Source: Rhizaria sp. SCN 62-66 (lineage: Eukaryota). Taken from it: a stretch of DNA of 25,177 nucleotides. Shown here piece by piece: positions 1 through 9,715 of the stretch. The notes beneath the pieces are model-generated. The model had not been told where the DNA came from and made no database searches. It saw only the letters and a program-made list of their open reading frames with translations. A program made the position numbers and the translations under genes. Numbering within the stretch: the first letter of the stretch is position 1; every line of letters starts with the position of its first letter. Location of the stretch: assembly GCA_001724265.1 (NCBI GenBank), contig MEDY01000164.1:124001-149177 (forward strand), given 5' to 3'.

Positions 1-91
1 AAATAAAACTAAGAGAATGAAGTTACATCTAAAAGGATAAGGACTCCATCGAAGTCATATAAGTATTCTCTCACTTGAAGTTAAGACGCAC

Positions 92-559
92 CTGGGAGGC
101 GCCGCAGGTGACGATGACGTCGTCGGCAGTGTACTTAGTCGCCTCGGACGACTCATACGCGGCAACGGCAGCGCGCGTGGAGGGCAGGCCGAGCGAGTTG
201 GTGTATCCGTTGGCGTTGCCGGCCGCAGCGGCGTCGGCGACGGCGGCGGTGACCTCGGGGGCGGGGGGAAGGTTGCCGAAGACCGAGGGGTCGCCCAGGG
301 CCAGGTCGATCAGAGCGTTCTTGTGGTTCTCGGGGCGCTTGATCTGTGTATAGCAACGCAATAAGCGGGGTGTGTAAGAGAGAAGTGGAGCAGAGAGTGA
401 GATGGGGTGATGAAGTGAAAAGACGGGGTTACAGAAGCGAGATTCATGTGGGCCATAATTGGTGAGAGACAGAAGACGGACCTTGTCGACGACGGCGCGG
501 ATGGGGTTGAGGGTGTTAACCGACATCTGGGACGGGGTGATATTCCACTCGGAAGACAT
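92..559 (-). CDS. TAT: Tyrosine aminotransferase-like (class I PLP aminotransferase), 5' part; gene continues beyond the left edge
   Basis: Exon 1 559-482 (MSSEWNITPSQMSVNTLNPIRAVVDK), GT-AG intron 481-344, exon 2 343-92, next donor GTGCGT at 91. Motifs NPIR, LGDPSVFGNL, NGY...G...R.AVA and DVIVTCGASQ are typical of the TAT/nicotianamine aminotransferase N-terminus. Confidence 0.9.
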
Positions 560-1308
560 ATTTACAACGCTACGTGAGCAGATGGCATGGCAGCGAGAGA
601 AAGAGATGGAGTGAGCAAGAGAAGGGGCGACGTGAGAATGACGTAAAGGCGAAGGGAAAGAGGCGAGTTCGCTATCATAACAAACCATATGATGCTTATA
701 TTGTTGATATATTCGCTAAAACCTCAAATGTTATGCTATACTTAACAGATTTTATCCAATAAAAGGTCTATAGCATGTGGGAGATAAAAAGCGAAGAGGT
801 TTCGGGAACCCACATGACCCTAATATCCGGACGGCGAAAAAGGCTCGTGCGACATAAACTAAACGTCAACGCCGCCATCATTACTAATACAGGCAGAAAA
901 GTTGCGGTGATATGCATACGTCATTATAAAATCCTAGAATAAGGATCTACTGTCGAGATGCATCTATTTCACGAACGCGCCAGATGCTTACCGAAGAGCA
1001 GGCCCAGTCCTGCCGGCCGAAAAATGGGTGGACCCGAAATGTATTTTCTCGGCCAAAGGAAGCGATATCTCGAGGTGTGAAGCGCGATATCCCATCGTTC
1101 AAACAGTGCCCACGCATCCCACTCTTCTTTTTTTCTATTATCTCACTCCCACTATTATCTTTTTCCCTCTTGACCCGCTCGTGTAGCCCGTTCAAGTCAC
1201 TGCCCCTTGCTGTGACTCAGAGCGACTCCTCTCAGACTCTCCAGTCCCATTCCAACCCAGTCGTCATCTCCTGTCCTCGCACCGCGCGCGCTCACCCAGC
1301 CGCCCCCG
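560..1308. promoter_or_regulatory. Divergent (bidirectional) promoter and 5' UTR region between TAT and PFKFB
   Basis: 749 nt between head-to-head ATGs (559 on -, 1309 on +). AT-richer centre with pyrimidine-rich, leader-like sequence on each sense strand. Confidence 0.65.
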
Positions 1309-4300
1309 ATGTCCGGTGCGCCTCCCCGCGCCTCCGCGTCCACCGACGGGCGCGACGCCGCCGCCTCCCCCGCGTCCCCCATCTCTCCTGTATCTTCCCT
1401 CGTCTCGTCGTCGTCCGCGTCGTCCTCGCTCGTCGCGTCGTCGTCCGCAGCCTCGGACCTCACGGCGGGTGTGCTCGTTGCCCCCGTCCCGCTCCCGCTG
1501 CACCACCTGCATCCGCACTTCAACCCCCACAGCAACAGCAACAACAACGCTCATAACAGCATCAGCAGCAGCAGCAGTTCGAGTGCGAGTGCCAGTGCCA
1601 ATGCCAATGCCAGCGCCAATGTCAGCGTCGGCGGCGGTGGCGGCACCAAGCCGCGCTTCGCGAAGCCCGCGCTCTCCGGCCGCAGCAACTCCCCCTCGAC
1701 GGAGCTCGAGATCGGTTTATCGCCCTCGATCGCGCCGCACAACGCCTCCTCAGCGGCGGCCACCGCGGGCGCCATGTCACCGCACTTCATCGCGTCGCCG
1801 CACACGCTAACGGCGGCTGCGGCGTCGCCCGGCTCGGCAGCCGCGGCGGCGGGCTTTCCCGCGCTGTCTCTGTCGACGCTCTCGCTCGCCACCCAGCAGC
1901 AGCAACAGCAGCAGCACCTTCCGCCGCACGGCCACCATCGAAGCTCCCCCCGCGTCGTCGCGCAAGGCCACAGCGCAACCCCGAACTTCAACACGGCCGC
2001 CAGTGCCGTTGCGAACGCTGCCGGAGTCCCGCTGCCGCTGCCGCGCCCGCTGCCGCTGTCTGCGGCGTCCTCGGCGTCCTCCTCCGCCCTGGCGTCCGCG
2101 GCGGTGTCGGCGGCGGTGTCGCCGTGCGTTAACCATTATAGCCACAGTCACGTGGGCGCGCAGAGCCACGCGCACGGCAACAGCAGCGCCCTGTCCGGCG
2201 CTCTCTTCCCCTCCTCGAGCACTCTCGCCAGCAACAATGCCAACAACACGAACAGTGCGAGTCATCAGAGTGGCCATGGTAACACTGGCACTGGTGGGTC
2301 CCGCGCCCCCGCGCTGTTGCGGTCGTCGACAACGAGCAGTGCGACGGCCCTTGCGTCTCCGTCTCCGTCGTCGTCATCTGCGTCGTTCTCGTCCTCCGAG
2401 CTCGTCGCTTCAGCCAACAACAACAACAGCAACACTACTCAGGCTGGAGGCAACTGCGCTCATTGCACTACAAGCGCTGCGCCCGGCGCCAAGGCCAGCG
2501 CGCATGCAAGCGCGAGCGCGAGCGCCAACGCGAGTCCCAACGCCAGCGCGAGAACCAGCGCCCCGGGCGTCGGCGGCGTCGGCGGCCCCGCGGCCGCGGC
2601 CGTGGTGCCGCTCTGCCCGGCCGCCGCGTCGGCCGCGATGTCGCACGAGCCGTTCGTGGATTTGCTGCTGCCGGCCACGCCGTCGCCGTCGCACTCGCGG
2701 CTTTCGCATCACTCCTACGCCTCGCTCAACAATACCAACGCTGCCACTAACGCCCCGAGTGCGAGTGCGGGCGGTAACGCATGCCGCGCGACGACCCTGA
2801 CTAGCGCTATCGCGACGAACGCCTGCGATCAGCACCAGCAGCACCAGCAGCAGCACGGCGCTAGCGGCGTCTCCGGCGGCGTCGCTACTGCGGCGACGGG
2901 CGACGACGCGCTGTGCGCCAACTCCGCTGCCTCGGCAGTGCCCTGCTCGCCCCACCCGCGCCCCCTCGCTCGCACTCACGGCGCCGCACCGGGCATCTGC
3001 GCCGGCCCCTTCGGCCTCCAGCAGCAGCTGCAGCAGCAGGGCGGCGGCGTTACTGGCGGCAACAGCTCGGGCCGCCGCAGCGCGATTGGCCCGGCGCTCG
3101 TGCTCGGCCGCCCGGGCTCTGGCGCCCCGTCCCACAACAACCACCACCATCACTCCGCGACGGCTCACGGTTACTCTGCCGCCGCCGCTGCCGGCTCTGC
3201 AGCTGCGGGCCCTGGCGCTGACACCGTCTCGTCCTCGTCGCCCTCCCCGGCCACGGCCCACAGTAGCGGCGTCTGCGCCGGCGCCAACGGCTCCCCGTCC
3301 CCCGGGCTTGTGGACCTTGTCCCCGGCACCGTGCTGTCCTCCGCGGGCACCGCCAAGACGCACTCGCCGTCTTTCGCGCCGCACACGCCCACGCGCAACG
3401 AAGGATACCAGCTCCAGATTGCCGCCGCAGTCGCCGCGGCCACCGCGGCGGCGGCCTCGGCGGCGGCCAGCGGGGCCGGGGACGCCGAGGCGGCTGCGGC
3501 GGCCGCGGCGGCGGCGGCGGAGGCGTCGCCGAACCTCTTCTCGCTCGCCCACAGTTACCCGAGCGGAGGCGGGCACTGCGCCAGTCCAAGCCCGAGCTCG
3601 GCCTCCGCTGCCGCCGCCGCTGCCGCCGCCATCGCCGCCGCCGCCGTCGCCCAAACGCACACGCACGCGCACGCACACGCGCACAACGGCCACGGCCACA
3701 TCAGCAGCAACAGCAACAGCGCGGGCGGCGTCTCGCTGCTGCCGCTGCAGCAGGCTCACGGTCACTCGGCCGCCTCCGCTGCCCACGGTCACGGCCAGCG
3801 GCCGGCGACCGCGGGGGCCGCCCCGCCCGCCGCCGTGGCAGCCGCCGCCGTGGCCGCGGCCGCTGCGGTTGCCGCGGCGGCCGCGAGCGGGACCGAGCTC
3901 GGCCGGAGTCACAGCCACGGTCACCACGTTCAGACGAGGCACCACCTCGCGTCCAACGCGGCCTCCCCGGCGCACGGTCACTCGGGGGCGACGGCGGCCG
4001 CGCACGGCCACGTTCACTGTGGTCACTGCCAGACTGAGGCGCAGGCGCAGGCGCAGAAGCAGGAGCTGCCGCTGCCGCAGCCGCCCGGTAAGGTGAAGAT
4101 CGCCGCCACCGCGGGTGCTAGGCCCGCCGACCACAGCGACGACAGCGACGACGACGACGACGACGATGTTGACAACGCGCACGCGCATGCCGGCAACGGC
4201 GGGAACGCTGCGGCCTGCCGGTGCGGCGAAGCTGACGCCGGCGCCAGCGCTGATGTTGACGCAGACGCGGACGTGGACGTGGATGTGGTGGGGGACGGGC

Positions 4301-7300
4301 ACGGTGGGCTGTCTGGCACGGGCACGCGCAGCCACCGCGCAGCGTCCATGCAATTGCCGCCGCGCCCGCGCGCCCACGGACACGCGAACTGCGGCGCTCA
4401 CGGTCACGGTCATGGTTACTGCCTGGCGCATGCGGCCACTGGCGCTGAGGCAGAGGCTCAGGCTCAGGCGCAGCTGCTGAGCGCGAACAACATCCCAGCC
4501 GCTGCGGCTGCGTCTACTGGTGCTGCTGAGCCTGCTGTGACGACTTGCTCTGGCTCTGGCGCCGGTTCCGGGAGTGCAGCCGCGGCGATCGACGCTGGCT
4601 TGAACATGTTTGTGTCGCCGCAGACCTCGCCCTCGGCCCAGCGCAACCCCAACCAACAGCAACAACAACAGCAGCAGATGCAGGTGTCTCGGTCGCCGTC
4701 GGCTCAGCACTCGCCCTCCGCCAACGCTGACGCCGCCGCCGTCGCCGCCGCTGCTGGCGCTGATTCCGGTGCAAACGCAAGCGCGAGCGGCGTCATCGTG
4801 AGCGACGTCACAGGTGTCCGCAAGCCCCCGCTGCAGGTGGCGTACGGCGACGGACCCAGCAGTCTGCTCGGCTCGGCCTCCGCCTTCACCTCAGCCGGCG
4901 TGAACGTAAGTACCCCCTTAGACAGCATGGAGACGCGCGTGGACTCGATCGTGCCCCGCGCGCTTACGCCCGCTGAGGCTGCGCTTTTGACCGAGGCTGC
5001 CGCCGCCGCTGACTCTATCTCCACAGTCCCCGCCAACGCCTCCAACGTTCGCGCTCCTTCGAACATTGCCCCTGAGTCCATTCCAGCGCCTTCTACCGCG
5101 CCTGCGCCTGCGCCTGCTTCGGAGCCCGCCGAGGCGGCGACCGTGCGTGTGTCCGCCGCGGTGGCCGAGGCCCGCGACCCCGTCTCGGCGCCGCACGCGC
5201 TCGACGCCGCCGCGCTCATCTCCGTCTCGGGCTGCGTGGGGCCGGCACGGCTGGATCCTGCGGTGCCGCTGTGCCGGCGCAGCGCGAACCTGGCGTCGCT
5301 GAGTGAGTTCCACACCACGTCGACGTCGGTGTGGGCCGCGAACGAGGACTGGGTGCCTCCCGACTACGCGCTGCCGGGCAAGGTCCGCAATAGCAGCAAC
5401 AACAACCTCAACAATCTCAACAACGTCGCCAATTACCACAACAGCGGCGTGGCGAGCGTCAACACGGCGGCGACGGCGGCGATTGTGGGCGAGAACGGAG
5501 GGCTCGTGACTCCCTTAGGCTCGCCAACAACTGGCGACACCGCTAACTCTAGCAGTAGCAGCAGTCGCATTAACGGCTTGACTGTCATGTCGCCGCAAGC
5601 CACCGCCGCTGCCACTGCCGCCGCTGGCGCTGGCGCTGGCGCTGGCGCGGGTGTTGCGACGCCGTCTGTGAGCGACGTTGCCGCTTACGTGCCTCGCAAC
5701 GACGACGAATTCGATTCCAACTCCAACGCAAAGGCGGTCAACGCGACAAACGCGACCACGTTCTGCCACTCGTGCCATAGTCACCTTCCCAACAGCGGCA
5801 GCGGCAGCGGCGGCGCTTTGTTCGCGGCCGAGCTTCACGCCAGCGCCGACTACATGCAGAACCCGCTTCGCCTGCCTACGATGTCCCCCAAGCCCTCGAC
5901 GGCGACGCTCGCGCCTGGGCTCAACGCCAACAGCATCCTCGGCCCCGGGTACAACCCGCTGGGACAGAGCGTGCAGGGCCGCGAGGGCCGCTCGCGCGCT
6001 GCAAGCACCCACAGCAGCACCCAGAGCCGCCCGCGCACGCCCGCCGCCGCCGCTGCCCACGGTCACTCTGTCAACGCCGGTGAACAAGTGACTGTGCAGG
6101 ACCCCGCCGAGCTGGCCGCCGCCACGGCCGCCGCCGCCGCCGCCGCCGCCGCGGCCGCCGTGGACCCCGTGCTGGCGGCTTCTCTCGCGGCGGCGCAGGC
6201 GCTGGGACTGCCAGCAAGCGCGGCCGACGCGCCCCCGCCGCCGCGGCCGCACGTGCTTGTGATCGCCATGGTCGGTCTGCCTGCGCGCGGCAAGTCGTAC
6301 ATCGCGACGAAGCTGTGGCGCTATCTGCGCTGGCTCCGGTACGACTGCGCGCTCTTCTCCGTCTCGCGCTACCGCCGGGAGGAGCTGGGCTCGGGGCTCC
6401 CGCTGCTGGGCAAGCCCGAGGAGGCGGCCGTGGTGCGCGCAAAGGTGACGAAGCGCGCGCTGGATGGGATGGCGAGCTTCTTCGCGCAGGGCGGCAAGAT
6501 CGGCATTTTCGACGCGAGCAACGTCAACGCACACCGGCGCGATGGCGTGCGCGCGTACCTCAACGCGCTGGGGTTGTCGTACTCGCTGCTGTGGGTCGAG
6601 AGCGTGTGCACCGATGAGGCGCTCATTGAGGCCAACATCATCGACACCAAGCTCTTCTCGCCAGACTACGCGGGGGTCAACGACGCGGAGGCCGTGGCCG
6701 ACTTCAAGGCCCGGATCGCGGAGTACGCACAGCATTACCAGCCGGTCGAGGAGGCCGAGCTGTGGCCCGAGGTCGAGGCCTGCGTGCGCCTGATTGACAC
6801 GGGCCTCCACGTCGAGTGCATCGCCATCAAGGGCTACCTGCTGACCAAGATCGTCTTCTACCTCATGAACCTGCAGGTCTCCAAGTCGCCGATCTTCTTC
6901 TCCCGCCACGGCGAGTCGCGCGCCAACGTCAATAACCAGGTCGGCACGGACGCGCCGCTGTCTGCGGCCGGAGAGGAGTACGCCCGCCGCCTCGCGCCGT
7001 GGCTCATGGCGCAGTCGGAGCTCGCATCTACGGCCACCGAGGCGAAACCGCTCAACATCTACTGCTCGACGCTGCAGCGCACCATCACGACGGCGCAGAC
7101 GGTGTATGATCTGCTGTCGCGCTTCTACCCGTGCCGCGTAGTGCGCTGGCGCGCGCTGGCCGAGATCAGCGCGGGCATCTATGACGGCATGACCTACGAG
7201 GAGATCGCCGAGGCTGACCCCGAGGGCTTCGAAGAACGCAACCGCGACAAGCTCAACTACAAGTACCCGCAGGGCGAGAGTTACAAGGACGTAATCGACC

Positions 7301-7536
7301 GCGTGGAGCGCGTCATCTTCGAGCTGGAGCGCACCGAGGCGCCCGTGATCGTGATCGCGCACCAGGCCGTGATCCGCTGTCTCTATGGCTACTTCATGGA
7401 CTTCGACATCCTGGAGATCCCGCATCTTGAGGTACCGCTGCACAAAGTGATCAAGCTGCTGCCCAGCGCGTACGGCACCCGCGAGGAGGTGATCGACATC
7501 ATGCCGGAGACGCGCGGCAAGAAGAGCAAGCATTAA
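1309..7536 (+). CDS. PFKFB: 6-phosphofructo-2-kinase/fructose-2,6-bisphosphatase with very long low-complexity N-terminal extension (2075 aa, single exon)
   Basis: Uninterrupted ORF. Kinase domain from ~6250 (VIAMVGLPARGKSY, YRR, IFDASN, VES.C.D, SPDY, DF..RI..Y...Y). Histidine-phosphatase domain follows (RHGES, STLQRT, LAEISAG.YDGMTYEEI, YKYPQGESY.D, AHQAVIRC). Confidence 0.95.
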   Translation: MSGAPPRASASTDGRDAAASPASPISPVSSLVSSSSASSSLVASSSAASDLTAGVLVAPVPLPLHHLHPHFNPHSNSNNNAHNSISSSSSSSASASANANASANVSVGGGGGTKPRFAKPALSGRSNSPSTELEIGLSPSIAPHNASSAAATAGAMSPHFIASPHTLTAAAASPGSAAAAAGFPALSLSTLSLATQQQQQQQHLPPHGHHRSSPRVVAQGHSATPNFNTAASAVANAAGVPLPLPRPLPLSAASSASSSALASAAVSAAVSPCVNHYSHSHVGAQSHAHGNSSALSGALFPSSSTLASNNANNTNSASHQSGHGNTGTGGSRAPALLRSSTTSSATALASPSPSSSSASFSSSELVASANNNNSNTTQAGGNCAHCTTSAAPGAKASAHASASASANASPNASARTSAPGVGGVGGPAAAAVVPLCPAAASAAMSHEPFVDLLLPATPSPSHSRLSHHSYASLNNTNAATNAPSASAGGNACRATTLTSAIATNACDQHQQHQQQHGASGVSGGVATAATGDDALCANSAASAVPCSPHPRPLARTHGAAPGICAGPFGLQQQLQQQGGGVTGGNSSGRRSAIGPALVLGRPGSGAPSHNNHHHHSATAHGYSAAAAAGSAAAGPGADTVSSSSPSPATAHSSGVCAGANGSPSPGLVDLVPGTVLSSAGTAKTHSPSFAPHTPTRNEGYQLQIAAAVAAATAAAASAAASGAGDAEAAAAAAAAAAEASPNLFSLAHSYPSGGGHCASPSPSSASAAAAAAAAIAAAAVAQTHTHAHAHAHNGHGHISSNSNSAGGVSLLPLQQAHGHSAASAAHGHGQRPATAGAAPPAAVAAAAVAAAAAVAAAAASGTELGRSHSHGHHVQTRHHLASNAASPAHGHSGATAAAHGHVHCGHCQTEAQAQAQKQELPLPQPPGKVKIAATAGARPADHSDDSDDDDDDDVDNAHAHAGNGGNAAACRCGEADAGASADVDADADVDVDVVGDGHGGLSGTGTRSHRAASMQLPPRPRAHGHANCGAHGHGHGYCLAHAATGAEAEAQAQAQLLSANNIPAAAAASTGAAEPAVTTCSGSGAGSGSAAAAIDAGLNMFVSPQTSPSAQRNPNQQQQQQQQMQVSRSPSAQHSPSANADAAAVAAAAGADSGANASASGVIVSDVTGVRKPPLQVAYGDGPSSLLGSASAFTSAGVNVSTPLDSMETRVDSIVPRALTPAEAALLTEAAAAADSISTVPANASNVRAPSNIAPESIPAPSTAPAPAPASEPAEAATVRVSAAVAEARDPVSAPHALDAAALISVSGCVGPARLDPAVPLCRRSANLASLSEFHTTSTSVWAANEDWVPPDYALPGKVRNSSNNNLNNLNNVANYHNSGVASVNTAATAAIVGENGGLVTPLGSPTTGDTANSSSSSSRINGLTVMSPQATAAATAAAGAGAGAGAGVATPSVSDVAAYVPRNDDEFDSNSNAKAVNATNATTFCHSCHSHLPNSGSGSGGALFAAELHASADYMQNPLRLPTMSPKPSTATLAPGLNANSILGPGYNPLGQSVQGREGRSRAASTHSSTQSRPRTPAAAAAHGHSVNAGEQVTVQDPAELAAATAAAAAAAAAAAVDPVLAASLAAAQALGLPASAADAPPPPRPHVLVIAMVGLPARGKSYIATKLWRYLRWLRYDCALFSVSRYRREELGSGLPLLGKPEEAAVVRAKVTKRALDGMASFFAQGGKIGIFDASNVNAHRRDGVRAYLNALGLSYSLLWVESVCTDEALIEANIIDTKLFSPDYAGVNDAEAVADFKARIAEYAQHYQPVEEAELWPEVEACVRLIDTGLHVECIAIKGYLLTKIVFYLMNLQVSKSPIFFSRHGESRANVNNQVGTDAPLSAAGEEYARRLAPWLMAQSELASTATEAKPLNIYCSTLQRTITTAQTVYDLLSRFYPCRVVRWRALAEISAGIYDGMTYEEIAEADPEGFEERNRDKLNYKYPQGESYKDVIDRVERVIFELERTEAPVIVIAHQAVIRCLYGYFMDFDILEIPHLEVPLHKVIKLLPSAYGTREEVIDIMPETRGKKSKH

Positions 7537-8311
7537 AGCTGTCATCGATAATGGTATAATCGGAACAACATCAGTCAAAACAGGAACAAGTGAAACAAGA
7601 TATGTGTCATAATGACGTCTGTTTTGATATATGAAGGATATATATGCTAGAATACATAATATTAACACTTTTTAATTCCCCCATTCGATGATGTGAATCA
7701 CTGCGTACGTGAGCAAGCAACGAGTCAAATGCAGTCTGAGTGAATTGGCTATCTTGAGATTCTGTAAAGTTTAAACATGTTTATTTTTAGCATATTACTT
7801 ATATTGTAAAACAAACATACATCATCGTTGTCGCTAAACCAAACTACACCACTCCAGCAGCAAGAACCAGCACACTGCAGCACCGAAGCACCACTGTTGG
7901 TTAGTGCGTTGTTGCCACAGGTGAATGTTGAGCTATCACCGTTGGATATGGCGTAAGTTAGTTGTGGTATGTACATAGATCAAGGGGAATCAAGCACAGC
8001 GCCAGCTAAATCGCAACGCTAGTGCAGTCTCGCTCCTATTTGTTGTTGTTGGTATTCTTGTTAGCTTAGTATCGTCAGGGGTCACGGCACCGTCACCGCT
8101 GGCACTGCTGAATGTTGCTGTTGCTCATTATTATTGCTCACCTACTACAGTTACAAAACACACACGCACACAGCAACACCAGCCGCAGCAGTAGCAGCTT
8201 CAGCAGCGCATAGCACCGCGCATCACAGCATTATCACATCATCCTCGTCATCGTTCTCGCCGCCGCCAGCACTCCGCATGTGTGGCGACCGTCCGCGGCG
8301 TGGCGAGTGAC

Positions 8312-8958
8312 TTAGACGTGCTTGTCGATGAAGGCGCGCATGATGATGCCGTGGCCGTCCTTCTCGACGAGCTTGGCGTGCCAGATGAGGAGCGACTCGC
8401 AGACCTTCTTGTCGCCGCCCTCCATGCACTTAAAAACGTACTTCATCACCGTCGCGCGCTCGTCCTCGGAGAGCTCGCCCAGCACGTTGTCGATCGCGCC
8501 CTTGTCGAGCTGCGCGAAGATGGCCGTGATGGCCGCGACGCCGACCTGCTTGACCTCGGCGGACTTGGAAGTGCTGGGGAGCTTGCCGACGGCGAGCTTC
8601 ATGGCCTGCGCCGCCTGGTTGCGCATGATGAGCTGGTTCACCTCGGCCTCGAGCGCCTTCATCTGGGTGAGAGCCTAAAGATATGCGGGGCGCGCGCGGA
8701 AGAAAGAAATAAAAGAATGTGGGAGGTGTGATGTGAAGGTCAAGGTGGTCGAGAGAGAGAGCCAGCAGCAGAGTGAGAGCTGAGAGAGCAAGGGGGGAGG
8801 AGGGTGGCTGATGATAACAAGGAATCTTCTGGGAAAAGGAGCGGAAAGAGGGGATGGAACTAGGAGATTGGAGTATGGGAAGAGTAGGAGAGAAAAACAC
8901 GCACCTCCTCGTCAGAGACGCCAGTGCCCTTAATATCGACCTCCTCTTCGTCAGCCAT
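8312..8958 (-). CDS. ARPC5: Actin-related protein 2/3 complex subunit 5 (p16-Arc), 138 aa
   Basis: Exon 1 8958-8905 (MADEEEVDIKGTGVSDEE), intron 8904-8675 (GTGCGT...TTTAG), exon 2 8674-8312 ending TAA. The C-terminus MKYVFKCME...SLLIWHAKLVEKDGHGIIMRAFIDKHV matches the p16-Arc pattern MKYIYKG...LL.WH.K.....G.G.I.R. Confidence 0.9.
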
Positions 8959-9715
8959 GCTGCCTGCACGCGTCACGAAAGGTGGGGGGGAACGTATCCC
9001 AGTGTCAAAGAGGCAAAACGAAAAAGAGAAAGTGCGAGAAGTGAGAAGCGGTTCAGGCCGTGGAGATTAAATCACAAAACAAAGACAACGTGGAGAATAC
9101 CAAAACGAACTCTGAATCTATAACGCTCGTTCCCCAATCGCACACCAGAGGAACACAAATCAACCACTCGACCAAGCGGCTTGATTTTAGGAGGCGGTGG
9201 CTGGCGCCCGACTGGCCAGACTGGTGACTGTGAGCAGGCTTGAAGTCGTTGGAGAGGCTAAAAAACATGTCTCGTGCAGTCTACTGGCTCCGATAAACGC
9301 GATATTAAGCTTTGTCTAGGTATTGCTTGGCTTTTTCAGCCTTATATTCCTTTTAACAACTGCACTCTAGCGACTTATGGCCTTCAAACAGCACGCGCGG
9401 AGACGACTGCACACTCACCTCATATCGGCTTTTTGGTCTTTGCCAGGCAATATCTCCCCTTCAATGGCTGCTGTTTGAGTTTTTATGGCGCGATCAGTTT
9501 TTTCACTGTTATTTAATATGTGCATCTTGCGGTATTTTTCTTGCAATGTCACTTATCCCTGCCAACATCTGACTAATGCACACCTCACCTCACCGCTTGC
9601 TGTCCTCTGTCTTCGCCTCCCTGCTAGCTGTCTTAAGCCTTTTCTAGTCGTTCTATAACATCAACACCACAACCTAGGCGTTAGTCCTCTTAGTACTGAT
9701 CTTTGTGTGCTACAA
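8959..9715. promoter_or_regulatory. Divergent promoter and 5' UTR region between ARPC5 and the kinesin gene
   Basis: 757 nt between head-to-head ATGs (8958 on -, 9716 on +). Contains tandem GACTGG motifs at 9210-9224. Confidence 0.6.

Noticed and set aside
2410-7668. Long antisense ORFs (766 aa at 2410-4710, 717 aa at 5515-7668) and similar ones opposite the bZIP, CEP83-like and RPSA genes
   Set aside because: Shadow frames of GC3-rich sense genes; Arg/Gly/Val-rich translations with no recognisable motifs.
7688-7739. C/D-box snoRNA-like pattern (ATGATGT...CTGA) with GAGTCAAAT complementary to a conserved SSU rRNA stretch
   Set aside because: Box C is imperfect, the terminal stem is poor, the span is only ~52 nt, and the 9-nt complementarity is 5 nt from the D box rather than adjacent. 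A snoscan/Infernal run would settle it.
7749-7976. 75-aa minus-strand ORF downstream of ARPC5
   Set aside because: No GC3 bias or recognisable motif; more simply 3' UTR or intergenic sequence.
9570-9647. Branch-point, polypyrimidine and AG signals upstream of the kinesin ATG (similar at 19950-19971 before the CEP83-like gene) as evidence for spliced-leader trans-splicing
   Set aside because: An ordinary 5' UTR intron explains the kinesin case (possible donor AG|GTATTG at 9320), and RPSA and TAT lack such acceptors. Not decidable without cDNA.
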